A stretch of 64,000 nt of DNA from assembly GCA_021814615.1 (NCBI GenBank), contig JAKAHZ010000005.1, positions 4,786-68,785 of the forward strand, read 5' to 3'. This document shows positions 10,054 through 19,919 of this stretch, one piece after another. The stretch is from Nitrospirota bacterium. Lineage in GTDB: Bacteria; Nitrospirota; UBA9217. Numbering within the stretch: position 1 is the stretch's first letter; each line of letters opens with the position of its first letter. The position numbers and the translations under genes are program-made. Below the pieces are notes generated by a model. It did no database searches, was not told the origin of the DNA, and worked only from the letters and a program-made list of their open reading frames with translations.

Positions 10054-11667
10054 TTAGAATCGATACTTCATTCCCGTCTCGATCAGGTCCACATTTATCG
10101 CCGATGCGGCGATATTCCCGGGATTGCGCAACAAGCCGTAACTGAACGCGGCGCTCACCTCCAGGGCGGAGGTGACGGAGATGCGCCCGCCGACGGTCAT
10201 CTCGTGCAGGGACTCCTGGCTTCCCGGAGCGTGCAGATTGTGCTCCTCCCGGTTCAGGCGCAGGTATACTCTTCCGCTCCGCTCCGGGATCAGGTAGGAG
10301 ATCTCGGCCAGGAACTGGTCCGCATCAGTGCCGATGTGATGGCCGATAATATTCCCTTCATAGGTATAGGAATCGTAGATGTTGTGCGTGTACCAAACAT
10401 AAGGTGCGTTGATCCTGCCCCGCGTGGTCGTGTATTCCAGCCGGAAGTCGAAGCGTTCCGCATCGAGAATGCGCGGCAGGTACAGTCCTCCGACAAAAGC
10501 CCAGTCCTGCGGCACGGGCAGGCGGGAGGACTCGTCCTCGCCGGCCGCTTCCAGGTAGATTTGCATGGGCTGGAGGCGCCAGGGAATGGTCACCTTGAGA
10601 TCCGCCCCCGCACGTTCATCATCGATATTGACGTAATTGGGCGAGAAGTAATCTGTTTGTCCCCCGTGGCTCTGGCCGGTGATGCTCTGGATCCATGTCT
10701 TGAACGTCGTGGGGCGGCCCTCGCCGCCAACGATCGCCGTCCGCTCAAGCGAGAACTCCACGTAGGGAGAGGGTTTGAAATCGAACCGCATGCCGAAGAG
10801 GTAGGGCTCCGGCACGGGCCGCGTTCGATCCAGTTTGGTCAGGAAAAAGGTGAACCGGGAAGGGCCCATGACGTCCAAGATCCAGGGAAGGCGGACCGGC
10901 TCGGCATTGGTCACCTTGATCATGGTTAAGGGCTCGGCATTGTTCGAAAGCAGCAATGCGCCGTCGTATCCCGGCCCCCACCATTGGGAATCCTTCCCGA
11001 CGATGAGGTCCCATTTTCCCGCGGAAAGGACCGCGTAGGCTTTCCGCGCAACGAACTCCTTCGTTTCATAGGCCGTATCGGGATACCCGGTGTAGCTTGC
11101 CCGGGGATACCGCCATTCCGGATTGATCTCGATGGACAGCGGTCCCCAGTCTTCCAGCCGGGACACGAATCCCAGCCGTTCGTTGGATCCGCGCTTGTAC
11201 AGATCGCCGTCATTGTTCGCGTTCAGCGGCTGTTCGTTCTCGATCGCGGTGTTGTACCGGAGGGCGTCCACGATCGCGCTGGTGTACGCGTATTTCAGGT
11301 AGGCCGAATCGAGGGGCCGCAGCTCCGTTCCTTCCGACGGGTCCTTGCCGAGATGATCCTTCAGCGACGCGAGCAGCCGGCTGATGAAGGGATCTGCGGC
11401 GGAAGGGTTCGCTTCGGCTTCATGAAGCAGGCGAAAAACCTCCTTGCGGCTGAGCGGTTTCGTGTCCAGGAGACCCGATCGGATGATTCCCAGAGCTTCG
11501 AGCCGGGACAACGCGGAATAGACATGGGTATCCTGCAGGTCGATGTAGGTTGCGCCGAACGCCGGGGCAGAGAATATGATGAACAAAAAGCAAAAAAGAA
11601 GAAGTCTTCGAAACACGGTCGATTCCTCCGAGCCCCAATCATAGCACGGCACTACGGAGGAAACCAA
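10054..11667 (-). CDS. wzi: Capsule assembly protein, Wzi family (outer-membrane)
   Basis: 'QWWGPGYDGALLLSNNAEP' and 'RTAIVGGEGRPTTFKTWIQSITG' align with the Wzi signature regions (E. coli Wzi QWWGPGYEGSL... / RIMQWGGEGRPESF...). Signal peptide and C-terminal aromatic residue present. Confidence 0.75.
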   Translation of the reverse strand: MVSSVVPCYDWGSEESTVFRRLLLFCFLFIIFSAPAFGATYIDLQDTHVYSALSRLEALGIIRSGLLDTKPLSRKEVFRLLHEAEANPSAADPFISRLLASLKDHLGKDPSEGTELRPLDSAYLKYAYTSAIVDALRYNTAIENEQPLNANNDGDLYKRGSNERLGFVSRLEDWGPLSIEINPEWRYPRASYTGYPDTAYETKEFVARKAYAVLSAGKWDLIVGKDSQWWGPGYDGALLLSNNAEPLTMIKVTNAEPVRLPWILDVMGPSRFTFFLTKLDRTRPVPEPYLFGMRFDFKPSPYVEFSLERTAIVGGEGRPTTFKTWIQSITGQSHGGQTDYFSPNYVNIDDERAGADLKVTIPWRLQPMQIYLEAAGEDESSRLPVPQDWAFVGGLYLPRILDAERFDFRLEYTTTRGRINAPYVWYTHNIYDSYTYEGNIIGHHIGTDADQFLAEISYLIPERSGRVYLRLNREEHNLHAPGSQESLHEMTVGGRISVTSALEVSAAFSYGLLRNPGNIAASAINVDLIETGMKYRF

Positions 11668-12267
11668 TGATTTTCTGCCGCATATCCCGTTCGCTGCCGT
11701 TGCATGGCCTCCTTCCTGCTGTTTACGTCACTCCGGCACGGCAGTATACTATTTACAGAAGCAGTTCGTTCAGATTGGCGGGCTTATCTATGAAAACAGC
11801 ACATGATAAAGGGGCGGGAAGGGGGAGCCGGATGGTTGTCTGGAGCTTTTTCGTGATCGGTGTTCTTCTCCTTCTTGCAGGCGCGTTGACCCGGTATTCC
11901 GGGGTGATGGCGTCTCTGCCGAAAGCGGAGATCATTACGGGAGCCTGGCTTGTCATCGGAGCCATCATTGCTCTTGCCACGGCGAATTAATCTTCTTCGG
12001 TGAAGGAATTGCCGGGTGAACGGTGAAAAAGGACGTGGTGTTATGAAAGCTTCGGATATTCTTGAATGGACCATGGGATGGGCGTGGCCGGTGATCGTAG
12101 CTCTCGGCGCGCTTGTGGCCTGGGGAATCGCCCGGTTCGTGAGCTGGGAAAGCTCCGGGCCTGACAAGACAACGGAACCTGTTCCCGCGGAATGCGTTCC
12201 CTATCTCGACAGGCAGCGGAACTGATCGGCCCTTCCTCGGCGAGGCAGTCGCGCGCCGGCCGGTTCT

Positions 12268-12705
12268 TTACTGCACTTCGCGGACGAAATGGAAAGCGAG
12301 AGCATACCCCTCGAAGCTGAGCGGGATCATGTCGGTTTCCGCCGTGAAGATCGTTCCGTCCTTTTTGACCGCCCGGAAACGGAAGGTCACAGGCCTGGTC
12401 AGGGTCGCCACATGTTCCTGGAAGTTTTGCGCAAAGAGCTCCCGGTCTTCGGACACCACGAAAGATTCGAGAAAATCGGGTTCAGCTGACCATTCCTCGA
12501 TGGTGGTGCCGAAGATCTCCGCCATGCGGTGGCTGCAGATCTTATGGCGGTCGTCGAGGTACAGATACACCCCGTCGGGACTGTGCAGAAAAACCGGCCT
12601 GAGTTCCTTATATAGCTTGTTCAGGATCCTTTCATGCTCCTTGTCCGTCCGTTTTTGAGCAAGAATGTCATCCTTTTGTATTGCCCGTGCTGGCATCTCT
12701 ATCAC
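12268..12705 (-). CDS. PAS-domain protein
   Basis: 145 aa; 'VFLHSPDGVYLYLDDRHKICSHRMAEIFG...' has a PAS-like fold pattern; no output domain. Confidence 0.45.
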   Translation of the reverse strand: MIEMPARAIQKDDILAQKRTDKEHERILNKLYKELRPVFLHSPDGVYLYLDDRHKICSHRMAEIFGTTIEEWSAEPDFLESFVVSEDRELFAQNFQEHVATLTRPVTFRFRAVKKDGTIFTAETDMIPLSFEGYALAFHFVREVQ

Positions 12706-12931
12706 TCCTTCCTTCCAATCGCATTCTCAACTGTTTCAAGTATATCAGCGGGACTTTTTTTCAAAGGCAGCTTTTGTACTAATACTTTTTGGGTATTTCT
12801 GGTTAGGAGTAGATAAAAATGGTCACCTCTGTAAGAAAACCTTGACATTGCCGGGAAAGAAGCGCATACTCCAAAAAATTAATGGGCAGCATTTTGGTTG
12901 GCCACAACATCCCGGTTCAAAAGGAGGCCTT

Positions 12932-13378
12932 ATGCGGTATGCAGTCACGCTGGTCGCGGTGCTGATCGTCATGGGCTTTGCGGGAGGAGTGCAGGCGTCG
13001 GAAAAGAAGACTGCATCGGAAGTGGCCCGGCTCGCAGCGGAAGTGCAGGGCAAGGTCGTCGCGAAAACGGCGGCGGACGTGAAGGTCCAGGCGCGCGGCT
13101 GCTGGCTGCATATCGAGTTCGCGGCGAACAATGCCGTGTTCGATCTGCCGCTCGCGGGCACGAAGGCGACGGAGACCGAGATGGAGGACGGCATCATCCT
13201 CGAGAATAATCACATGACGCGCCAGATCGGCAGCCGGTCTCCCGAGATCTTCGAACGTCTGATCCTCAAGTTCGGCAGGCACAACGTCAAACCGGTGATG
13301 GAAACCTTCGGCCATGCGATCAAGTCCTGCGGCGATGAAGACGCGGCGACGGTCGCGCTTCACGCTTCGCGGTATTGA
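12932..13378 (+). CDS. Secreted hypothetical protein
   Basis: Internal start with AAAGGAGG RBS; signal peptide 'MRYAVTLVAVLIVMGFAGGVQA'; followed by a strong terminator. Confidence 0.5.
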   Translation: MRYAVTLVAVLIVMGFAGGVQASEKKTASEVARLAAEVQGKVVAKTAADVKVQARGCWLHIEFAANNAVFDLPLAGTKATETEMEDGIILENNHMTRQIGSRSPEIFERLILKFGRHNVKPVMETFGHAIKSCGDEDAATVALHASRY

Positions 13379-13407
13379 TCGGTCCCTCCAGCGAACGATC
13401 TTCCACC

Positions 13408-13452
13408 CGAAGGGGTCCGTGAAGTGGGTGAGGCGGCCCCTTCGTCTTTTTT
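13408..13452 (+). terminator. Rho-independent terminator after the secreted hypothetical gene
   Basis: CGAAGGGG...CCCCTTCG stem followed by TCTTTTTT. Confidence 0.5.
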
Positions 13453-13479
13453 CAGCCCTCCGTCCCAAGGATAAAGCAT

Positions 13480-13508
13480 TTGACAGGAATGATCCGACGG
13501 GCTATCAT
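13480..13508 (+). promoter_or_regulatory. Sigma70-like promoter TTGACA-17-TATCAT
   Basis: Perfect -35, 17-nt spacer, -10 TATCAT. Drives either a ~130-nt terminated transcript or the long helicase leader. Confidence 0.4.
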
Positions 13509-13620
13509 TTGTTCACCGCACAGAAATGCAGGCCCCGCAAGGGAGGCTGTCCCAGAGAGGTTCCCATCGATATGTACCCGGGGAGAGTAACGAGACTCAG
13601 CCCCGTTCTCTATCCGATCA

Positions 13621-13650
13621 AGGCCCAGGGCAAATTCCCGGGCCTTTTTT
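13621..13650 (+). terminator. Rho-independent terminator/attenuator AGGCCCAGGG-CAAATT-CCCGGGCCT + T6
   Basis: Read directly; lies ~105 nt downstream of the predicted TSS and 190 nt upstream of the helicase start. Confidence 0.5.
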
Positions 13651-13655
13651 GTTTA

Positions 13656-13757
13656 CCACGGAGACACTGAGGACACTGAGAAAATCCTCGTATTTACAAA
13701 TTGCTTTTCTCTGTGTCTCCGTGCCTCTGCGGCAGGTTTTGAATTCTTACGAAGCCG
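13656..13757 (+). repeat. REP-like nested-palindrome intergenic element, copy A
   Basis: CCACGGAGACACTGAGGACACTGAGAAAATCCTCGTATTTACAAATTGCTTTTCTCTGTGTCTCCGTGCCTCTGCGGCAGGTTTTGAATTCTTACGAAGCC. Outer IR CACGGAGACAC/GTGTCTCCGTG, inner IR GAGAAAA/TTTTCTC. Near-identical to copy D at 45.9 kb. Confidence 0.7.
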
Positions 13758-13840
13758 TCTTTTGGAACGCATCCAGACCGGCGGCCCTCCGGCGACAGGG
13801 GGCCGAATCGGAATACGAGTCGCATCAGAAAGAGGCGGCA

Positions 13841-15352
13841 GTGAATTTCGCCACGTTCAAACTGCATCCCCAGATCATGGCCGGCGTCGAGGCGGCCGGC
13901 TACCAGGCGCCCACGCCCATCCAGAAGCAGGCGATCCCGCCGGTGCTCGAAGGCAAGGACGTAATGGGACTTGCCCAGACCGGCACAGGCAAGACAGCGG
14001 CCTTCGTGCTCCCCATCCTGGAGCGGCTGCTGCCGGGGCCGCGCGGCAGGGTGCGCGCCCTGATCATCGCGCCCACGCGCGAGCTCGCCGAGCAGATCAA
14101 CGACAACATCATCACGCTGGGCGTGAAGACCCGGCTCCGGAGCGCCACGGTCTACGGCGGCGTGGGCCTGACGCCCCAGATCCTGAAGCTCAAGGCCGGC
14201 ACGGAGATCATCGTTGCCTGCCCCGGCAGGCTCCTGGACCACCTGAACAACAAGCATGCCGACCTTTCCCATCTTGAGGTGCTGGTCCTGGACGAGGCGG
14301 ACCGCATGTTCGACATGGGCTTCCTGCCCGACATCCGGCGCATACTCAAGTTCGTGCCGCAGAAGCGCCAGACCCTGCTGTTCTCCGCCACCATGCCCGA
14401 TGACATCCGGAAACTGGCGCACGAGATCCTGCACCAGCCCGTGACCGTGCAGGTGGGCCACACCGCGCCGGCTCACACGGTCTCCCATGCGCTCTATCCC
14501 GTGCCGCAGCACCTGAAGACCGGCCTTCTCTTCGAGCTCCTCGCGCACATCGATGCAGGCTCGGTCCTCATCTTCACGCGCACCAAGCACCGCGCCAAGC
14601 GCGTGGGTCAGCAACTGGAGCGGGAAGGGTACACGGCTGCTTCGCTCCAGGGCAACCTGTCGCAGAACAAGCGGCAGGAGGCGCTCGACGGTTTCCGCGA
14701 GGGCAAGTACCGGATCCTGGTGGCGACGGACATCGCGGCGCGCGGCATCGACGTCTCCTCGATCTCCCATGTGATCAACTACGACATTCCGGACACCGTG
14801 GATGCCTATACGCACCGCATCGGACGCACAGGCAGGGCGGCAAAGACCGGCGATGCCTTCACCTTCATCACCCACGAGGACGAGCAGATGGTGCGGAGCA
14901 TCGAGCGCGTATTGGGGGAGAAGATCGGCAGGCGCACGGTCCTGGGCTTCGACTACGCCAAGCCCGCGCCGAAGCGGGACGAGGAATTCGCCCGGCCGCC
15001 GCGGGAGCCGCAGCGCAGGCGCCAGCAGCACCCGGTTTCCTCGAAGGGCGCTGCTCCGTCCTCAGGACATGCCCGGCCGAAAGGACCGAAGCAGGCATCG
15101 CATCCGGGAAGCAAGAAGCCCGCGTCCACGCATCAGCATCGGGGATTCCAGGACCTGCACTCTTCGCCGTCCCGGGGATCCGACCGCGCTGCTCCTCCTT
15201 CGCCGAAATCCCAGCACAGCAAGCCCCGGCCTGCGTCTGAGCATCCGGCCGAGCGGCCTGCTGCGCCGGAGCAACGGCAGCACCATGAACGTCCCGCTGT
15301 CAGCACCGGCCAGCGGAGGTCCTTCGGACCTCGGGTGGGCAGGCGGAAGTGA
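13841..15352 (+). CDS. DEAD-box ATP-dependent RNA helicase (RhlE/DeaD-like) with basic low-complexity C-terminal tail
   Basis: GTG start after GAGG RBS. Q-motif region, 'AQTGTGKT' (motif I), 'DEAD', 'SAT', 'HRIGRTGRAG'; C-terminal ~130 aa rich in Arg/Pro/Ser/Gln. Confidence 0.9.
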   Translation: MNFATFKLHPQIMAGVEAAGYQAPTPIQKQAIPPVLEGKDVMGLAQTGTGKTAAFVLPILERLLPGPRGRVRALIIAPTRELAEQINDNIITLGVKTRLRSATVYGGVGLTPQILKLKAGTEIIVACPGRLLDHLNNKHADLSHLEVLVLDEADRMFDMGFLPDIRRILKFVPQKRQTLLFSATMPDDIRKLAHEILHQPVTVQVGHTAPAHTVSHALYPVPQHLKTGLLFELLAHIDAGSVLIFTRTKHRAKRVGQQLEREGYTAASLQGNLSQNKRQEALDGFREGKYRILVATDIAARGIDVSSISHVINYDIPDTVDAYTHRIGRTGRAAKTGDAFTFITHEDEQMVRSIERVLGEKIGRRTVLGFDYAKPAPKRDEEFARPPREPQRRRQQHPVSSKGAAPSSGHARPKGPKQASHPGSKKPASTHQHRGFQDLHSSPSRGSDRAAPPSPKSQHSKPRPASEHPAERPAAPEQRQHHERPAVSTGQRRSFGPRVGRRK

Positions 15353-15884
15353 TGAGTCCGGCGTTCGGAGTCGGCGGAACAGCGATTGACAGCAGGGAGC
15401 AAAAAGCATATAGTCATTCCATGCGGCTTCACTCCGTCATTCTTCTTCTCTCCTTCGCACTGCTCATCCAGAACACCTGCCCCCGGGGATATGCCGGCAA
15501 ATCCATGGTCAGCCCGGCCTGCGGCCATGCCATGGCGCACTGCCACATGAAGCCGGGCACGCCTGCTGCTTCCGATCAGAAGGGCGATGCGGTTGCACAG
15601 AATTTCTCCTCGCATTCGCCGTTCTTCCTCTTTGCCGTTGTTCAACCCGTGCACATCTTCCGTCCTGAGCCGGTTGCGGCAGTTCCCGCCGCGCCTGAAA
15701 CAGGATATATCGACGCGTTTCCCGACGAACTCTTACGGCCTCCCCGCGCCTGACCTCCGCTGTTCTCATCATTCATGCTGAGAATCGAATGCCGCGCCTG
15801 AACGGGAACAGTCCCGCACGCACTGCTTTGCCGCGTGCCATTGTGCTGCACCCGTGCCCGGCCGGCAAATCACAGGAGGTCCTC

Positions 15885-17081
15885 GTGAATACGAAGAAAA
15901 CGCTCCTTTCGAGCGCGCTCGTTCTGTATTTCGTTATTGCCTTCGAAGTGCTGATCATGATCAGCCCCTTCGCCGGGTTCTTCTACTCGGTCATGAATCC
16001 CGTGCTGCTGAAGCTCGCCGCATCGTCCTCGACGCGCTGGCTCAGCGCCTTCTACCTTCCTCACATGGTGCTGCCGCAGGACGGGCTGCTCCAGGCCATC
16101 CGCGTCCTGGGGTCCGTTCTGTTCGTTGCCGGCATGGCGGTGTTCTTCGTCTGCGCAGCGCAGATCTACACTGCCAAGTTCACGAAGAAAGGCGCGGTGC
16201 TGGGAGGATTGTATGCGTACATCCGTCATCCTCAGTATGTTGCCCTCGGTGTCGCCGGGCTGGGGCTTTCGATCCTTTGGCCGCGGTTCCTGACCATCGT
16301 GCTATGGCTTGCGATGGCCTTCGTCTATTATGCCCTCGCCAAGGACGAGGAGCGCAGGATGCTGAACGCCCACGGAGCAACCTATCGGACTTACATAGAC
16401 AAGACGGGAATGTTCCTCCCGGCGCGCCTCGAAAAAAGGATCGCCCCGACATCGATGCTCATGAAAGCGGTTTTCGTCATCGGCTGTATCGCGGTCACTC
16501 TCGGCTGCGCCGCCCTGCTTCGCATGTACACGATCAACAGGCTTACCCTGTGGAACAACGGCAAGAATGTGTCCGCAGTGGCCATCCTGCCCGAGGATGG
16601 GTTCAAGATGGAGCACCGCATGGCGGAAATCCTCGCACTTCCTCCGGTGAAGGAGCGGTTGCAGGCCGGCAAACAGTACCTCGTCTATTTCATCCCCAGG
16701 GACTACATCATGCAGGGCATGATCGCCGACACAGGCGGCGACTGGAAGCTCTACAAACAGCACCATACGATCGCCATGATCTCTGACTGGGTCTTCCATC
16801 CCTTCCGGCATCTGCGCGAGGGGCATCATGCCATGCACCACGAGGGCATGCAAATGCAGCATCAGAATGGGACAACACCCTCCGACGGGCTTGTCAGGCG
16901 ATTGATCTTCCTTTCCATCGAGGATGTGAACGTAAATAATACGGCGGACCTGTTCTCGATCAATGCACTGCGGGTGCCGCAGTTCATGGTTGACGTGGAT
17001 ATCCACAACGCTGCTATACTGGATGTGAAGGAGCTGAACCACGGCAGCGGCTGGGGCACGGTGCCGACGCCCACCTTTTGA
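15885..17081 (+). CDS. Membrane protein: N-terminal ICMT/PEMT-like methyltransferase-family domain fused to a C-terminal ~200-aa domain of unknown function
   Basis: AGGAGG-5-GTG start. 'YAYIRHPQYVALGVAGLGLSILWP...YYALAKDEERRMLNAHGATYRTYIDKTGMFLP' matches the isoprenylcysteine carboxyl / phospholipid methyltransferase family signature (RHPxY...EE..L...G..Y..Y); unrecognised C-terminal half. Confidence 0.5.
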   Translation: MNTKKTLLSSALVLYFVIAFEVLIMISPFAGFFYSVMNPVLLKLAASSSTRWLSAFYLPHMVLPQDGLLQAIRVLGSVLFVAGMAVFFVCAAQIYTAKFTKKGAVLGGLYAYIRHPQYVALGVAGLGLSILWPRFLTIVLWLAMAFVYYALAKDEERRMLNAHGATYRTYIDKTGMFLPARLEKRIAPTSMLMKAVFVIGCIAVTLGCAALLRMYTINRLTLWNNGKNVSAVAILPEDGFKMEHRMAEILALPPVKERLQAGKQYLVYFIPRDYIMQGMIADTGGDWKLYKQHHTIAMISDWVFHPFRHLREGHHAMHHEGMQMQHQNGTTPSDGLVRRLIFLSIEDVNVNNTADLFSINALRVPQFMVDVDIHNAAILDVKELNHGSGWGTVPTPTF

Positions 17082-17139
17082 ATTCACAACAAGGAAGGGA
17101 AGTGTCGCAGTACAACAACTTTATCACGGGAGGTTCTTC

Positions 17140-17916
17140 ATGAAGAATGAACATGGATCATTCAAGAAAGTTGCGATCATGCTGCTGGGCCTCGCCGGTC
17201 TGCTCTGCGCGGCCCTTGCCATCGCCGCGGTCAAGGAAGGGCTGGTGGAATACGAAGGAGCGCAGAAGACGATCTTCAAGACCGGCAAGGCGACGAGCGT
17301 GATCTCCCTCGAAACGCTGTCCACTCGTCCGTCGCTCTACGCCATCGGGCCCATCGATGGGCTTGACGGGGAGATCACGATCTTCGATTCCAAGCCCTAC
17401 ATCACGCAGATGCGCGGGACGGACTATACGCTCGACACAACCTTCAAGCATGGCGCCTTCTTCCTCGTCTGGACGGAGCAGAAGGACTGGGCCGACATTC
17501 CGTTGCCCGCGAACGTGAAGGGCTACATTGACCTGCAGAAGTTCGTGAAGGAAGCTGCGCAGAAGTCCGGGGTCGACGTCACCAAGCCGTTTCCGTTTTT
17601 ACTCTCAGGAACGCCGTCCGAGATCAAGTGGCATATCAACGTGGACCGGACCGGGGGGAAGCCGATCAACCAGGAACTGTTCGTGAAATCTAAAGAACCG
17701 TATGTCACGAAGAACGAACCGGTCGACATCATTGGTTTCTATTCCGAGAAGCATTCGGGCGTATTCCTGTCGCAGTATGCTCCGGCGATCAAGGAAGGCT
17801 CGGGCATGGAGAACTATATCCACCTCCATCTTGTTTCGAGAACGAGCAAGGCCGCGGGTCATATCGACGACATCACCTTCGGTGGGGGGATGATGCTGCG
17901 GCTGCCGAAACTGTAG
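17140..17916 (+). CDS. Alpha-acetolactate decarboxylase (ALDC)-family protein with N-terminal signal/anchor
   Basis: 'LYAIGPIDGLDGEITIFDSKPYITQ' resembles the ALDC 'LGTFNxLDGEMI.LDG..YQ' region; C-terminal 'HSGVFLSQ...MENYIHLHLVS' resembles the ALDC His-rich metal site. N-terminal TM 'VAIMLLGLAGLLCAALAIAAV'. Confidence 0.5.
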   Translation: MKNEHGSFKKVAIMLLGLAGLLCAALAIAAVKEGLVEYEGAQKTIFKTGKATSVISLETLSTRPSLYAIGPIDGLDGEITIFDSKPYITQMRGTDYTLDTTFKHGAFFLVWTEQKDWADIPLPANVKGYIDLQKFVKEAAQKSGVDVTKPFPFLLSGTPSEIKWHINVDRTGGKPINQELFVKSKEPYVTKNEPVDIIGFYSEKHSGVFLSQYAPAIKEGSGMENYIHLHLVSRTSKAAGHIDDITFGGGMMLRLPKL

Positions 17917-17945
17917 CACAGAGAGTTGTTGGGTCGTATTGTGAG

Positions 17946-17977
17946 GGGCGGGAGGCAGTCAATCCCGCCCATTTTTG
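17946..17977 (+). terminator. Rho-independent terminator GGGCGGGA-loop-TCCCGCCC + ATTTTTGT
   Basis: Read directly; lies after the ALDC-like gene and marks the left edge of the low-GC R-M island. Confidence 0.6.
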
Positions 17978-18155
17978 TCCTCAGATGGAGATTGCCCGAA
18001 AATTTCCGTTTACAACGTTGATCCTGCCTTGTTATACTCTTATTACTTTCCGCGCGATAAATACTCCTTGATGCTCAGAAATATCCAGGTGCTTATTACC
18101 TGATCAATTATGCAGTGGAGTGCGCTCTTAAGGTGTGTGCGGATAAACAAGTGAA

Positions 18156-19919
18156 TTGCTGCTGGAGCATTGCAAAGTTAACATGACAATTGTTCAAGCA
18201 TCGCAAATTGCCTTGCCCGGCATGGACCGTCTTCAAGCAGCTGTTGATCTGTTGGCCGCTGCTGGCATTGAAGAACGTGGTGCAGTATTCACAAAGCGTG
18301 AAGTTGTAGAGTTTATCCTCGACTTGACCGAGTACAAGACGGCTGCGGCTCTTCACAAGAAGCGTCTGCTTGAACCATCGTTCGGCGAGGGGGCATTCCT
18401 TCTCGTGGCCGTGGAACGGCTTCTGGATTCATATAAGGCGCACATAACGAAGAAGGCCAACCCGGCGATTGATCTCAAAGACGCCATTCGAGCAATTGAG
18501 CTTCATCACGAAAGCTTCAATGAGACGCGACTCAAACTTCACCAGTTGTTAAGGGAGAATGGAATAGCGAGTGCGGCTGCCGAGAAAATACTCGATGCTT
18601 GGCTCATCCAGGGTGACTATCTTCTTGCTGATCTTCCCCTTCAGTTCTCTCACATCGTCGGCAATCCTCCGTATGTTCGCCAGGAATTGATCCCCGATAT
18701 TCTGATCTCCGAATACAGGCATCGCTACGATACCTTGTATGACCGTGCTGACCTGTATATCCCTTTTATCGAGCGTTCGCTCAAGCTCCTGAATCTGAAG
18801 GGTTCTGTCGGTTTTATTTGCTCAGACCGATGGATGAAAAACAGGTATGGCGGGCCGCTCAGGCAAATGATAGCTAAGGGGTATCATCTGAAGTACTACG
18901 TCGATATGGTAGATACGGACGCTTTTCATTCCGAGGTGAGCGCTTATCCTGCCATTACGGTGATCTCTCGCGAGCCTGCCGGTACGACACGCCTGGCTCA
19001 TCGGCCGCAGGTTGATAAAAAAACACTTGTCAAACTTGCTCGCGGCATGCGCGGCCGGACGATCAAGCTCGGCAACCCTATTCACGAAATATCCGGCATC
19101 ATGCGCGGCAATGAGCCTTGGGTGCTTGAGTCATTTGATGAGCTTGCTGTTTTGCGTCGCATTGAGGGCTCTTTCCCGACGTTGGAAGATGCGGGCTGTG
19201 AGGTAGGTATCGGCGTCGCGACCGGAGCGGATAAGGTTTATGTCGGCAAGTACGATGAGCTTGATGTTGAGAACGACTGCAAGCTGCCGCTTGTCATGAC
19301 CAAGGATATCCGGGGCGGAAAGGTCGAGTGGCAGGGCATGGGCGTGATTAATCCCTTCACCGAACATGGCGAGCTGGTGAGCCTGAAGAAATATCCGAAA
19401 CTTGCCGCCTATCTGAATCGGAACAAAGCAGTTGTATGCAAGCGGAACGTTGCAAAGCGGAACAACGAACGGTGGTACCGGACCATTGACCGGGTCTATC
19501 CGAAGCTCACGTATACTCCGAAGCTCCTGATACCGGACATCAAGGGCGAAGCCAACATTGTGTATGAAAACGGTAAGTATTACCCGCATCACAATCTTTA
19601 TTACATTACGTCGGAAGTGTGGGACCTGAAAGCGCTTCAGGCGGTGCTGCTGTCAGATATCACCAGGCTTTGCATTACTACCTATTCCACGAAGATGCGC
19701 GGAGGATATCTTCGGTTTCAGGCGCAGTATTTGCGGCGCATTCATATTCCAAGGTGGCAGGATGTACCGGAAGATATTCGGTCCAGACTAATAGTTGCTG
19801 CCGAACAGAGGAATATCGCCGCATGTAACGCTTTGACGTACCAACTGTATAACCTTTCAGCTGAAGAGCGCGCAATTCTTAACAGATCGGATGGAGGAGG
19901 AGAGACGAATGCCGCTTGA
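18156..19919 (+). CDS. N6-adenine DNA methyltransferase, gamma-class (Eco57I/PaeR7I-like type II modification methylase)
   Basis: Motif I '[12 protein letters not shown]' precedes motif IV '[10 protein letters not shown]' (NPPY). 587 aa in ~50% GC DNA. The true start may be the internal Met at 18183. Confidence 0.75.
   Translation: MLLEHCKVNMTIVQASQIALPGMDRLQAAVDLLAAAGIEERGAVFTKREVVEFILDLTEYKTAAALHKKRLLEPSFGEGAFLLVAVERLLDSYKAHITKKANPAIDLKDAIRAIELHHESFNETRLKLHQLLRENGIASAAAEKILDAWLIQGDYLLADLPLQFSHIVGNPPYVRQELIPDILISEYRHRYDTLYDRADLYIPFIERSLKLLNLKGSVGFICSDRWMKNRYGGPLRQMIAKGYHLKYYVDMVDTDAFHSEVSAYPAITVISREPAGTTRLAHRPQVDKKTLVKLARGMRGRTIKLGNPIHEISGIMRGNEPWVLESFDELAVLRRIEGSFPTLEDAGCEVGIGVATGADKVYVGKYDELDVENDCKLPLVMTKDIRGGKVEWQGMGVINPFTEHGELVSLKKYPKLAAYLNRNKAVVCKRNVAKRNNERWYRTIDRVYPKLTYTPKLLIPDIKGEANIVYENGKYYPHHNLYYITSEVWDLKALQAVLLSDITRLCITTYSTKMRGGYLRFQAQYLRRIHIPRWQDVPEDIRSRLIVAAEQRNIAACNALTYQLYNLSAEERAILNRSDGGGETNAA

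Noticed and set aside
13700-13757. Sigma54-type promoter (GG-N10-GC) within the conserved CTGCGGCAGGTTTTGAATTC tail of the REP-like elements
   Set aside because: TGGCAC/TTGCW spacing and bases do not fit, and only copies A and D carry the tail.
13694-15031. Long antisense ORFs opposite real genes (13694-15031, 21221-22840, 31765-32958, 37860-39137, 40713-41975, 49179-50573, 53126-54415, 54594-57233 and others)
   Set aside because: Typical stop-codon-poor shadow frames of high-GC coding DNA. Their translations are low-complexity (Arg/Pro/Gly/His-rich) and lack motifs, while the opposite strand carries clear family signatures.
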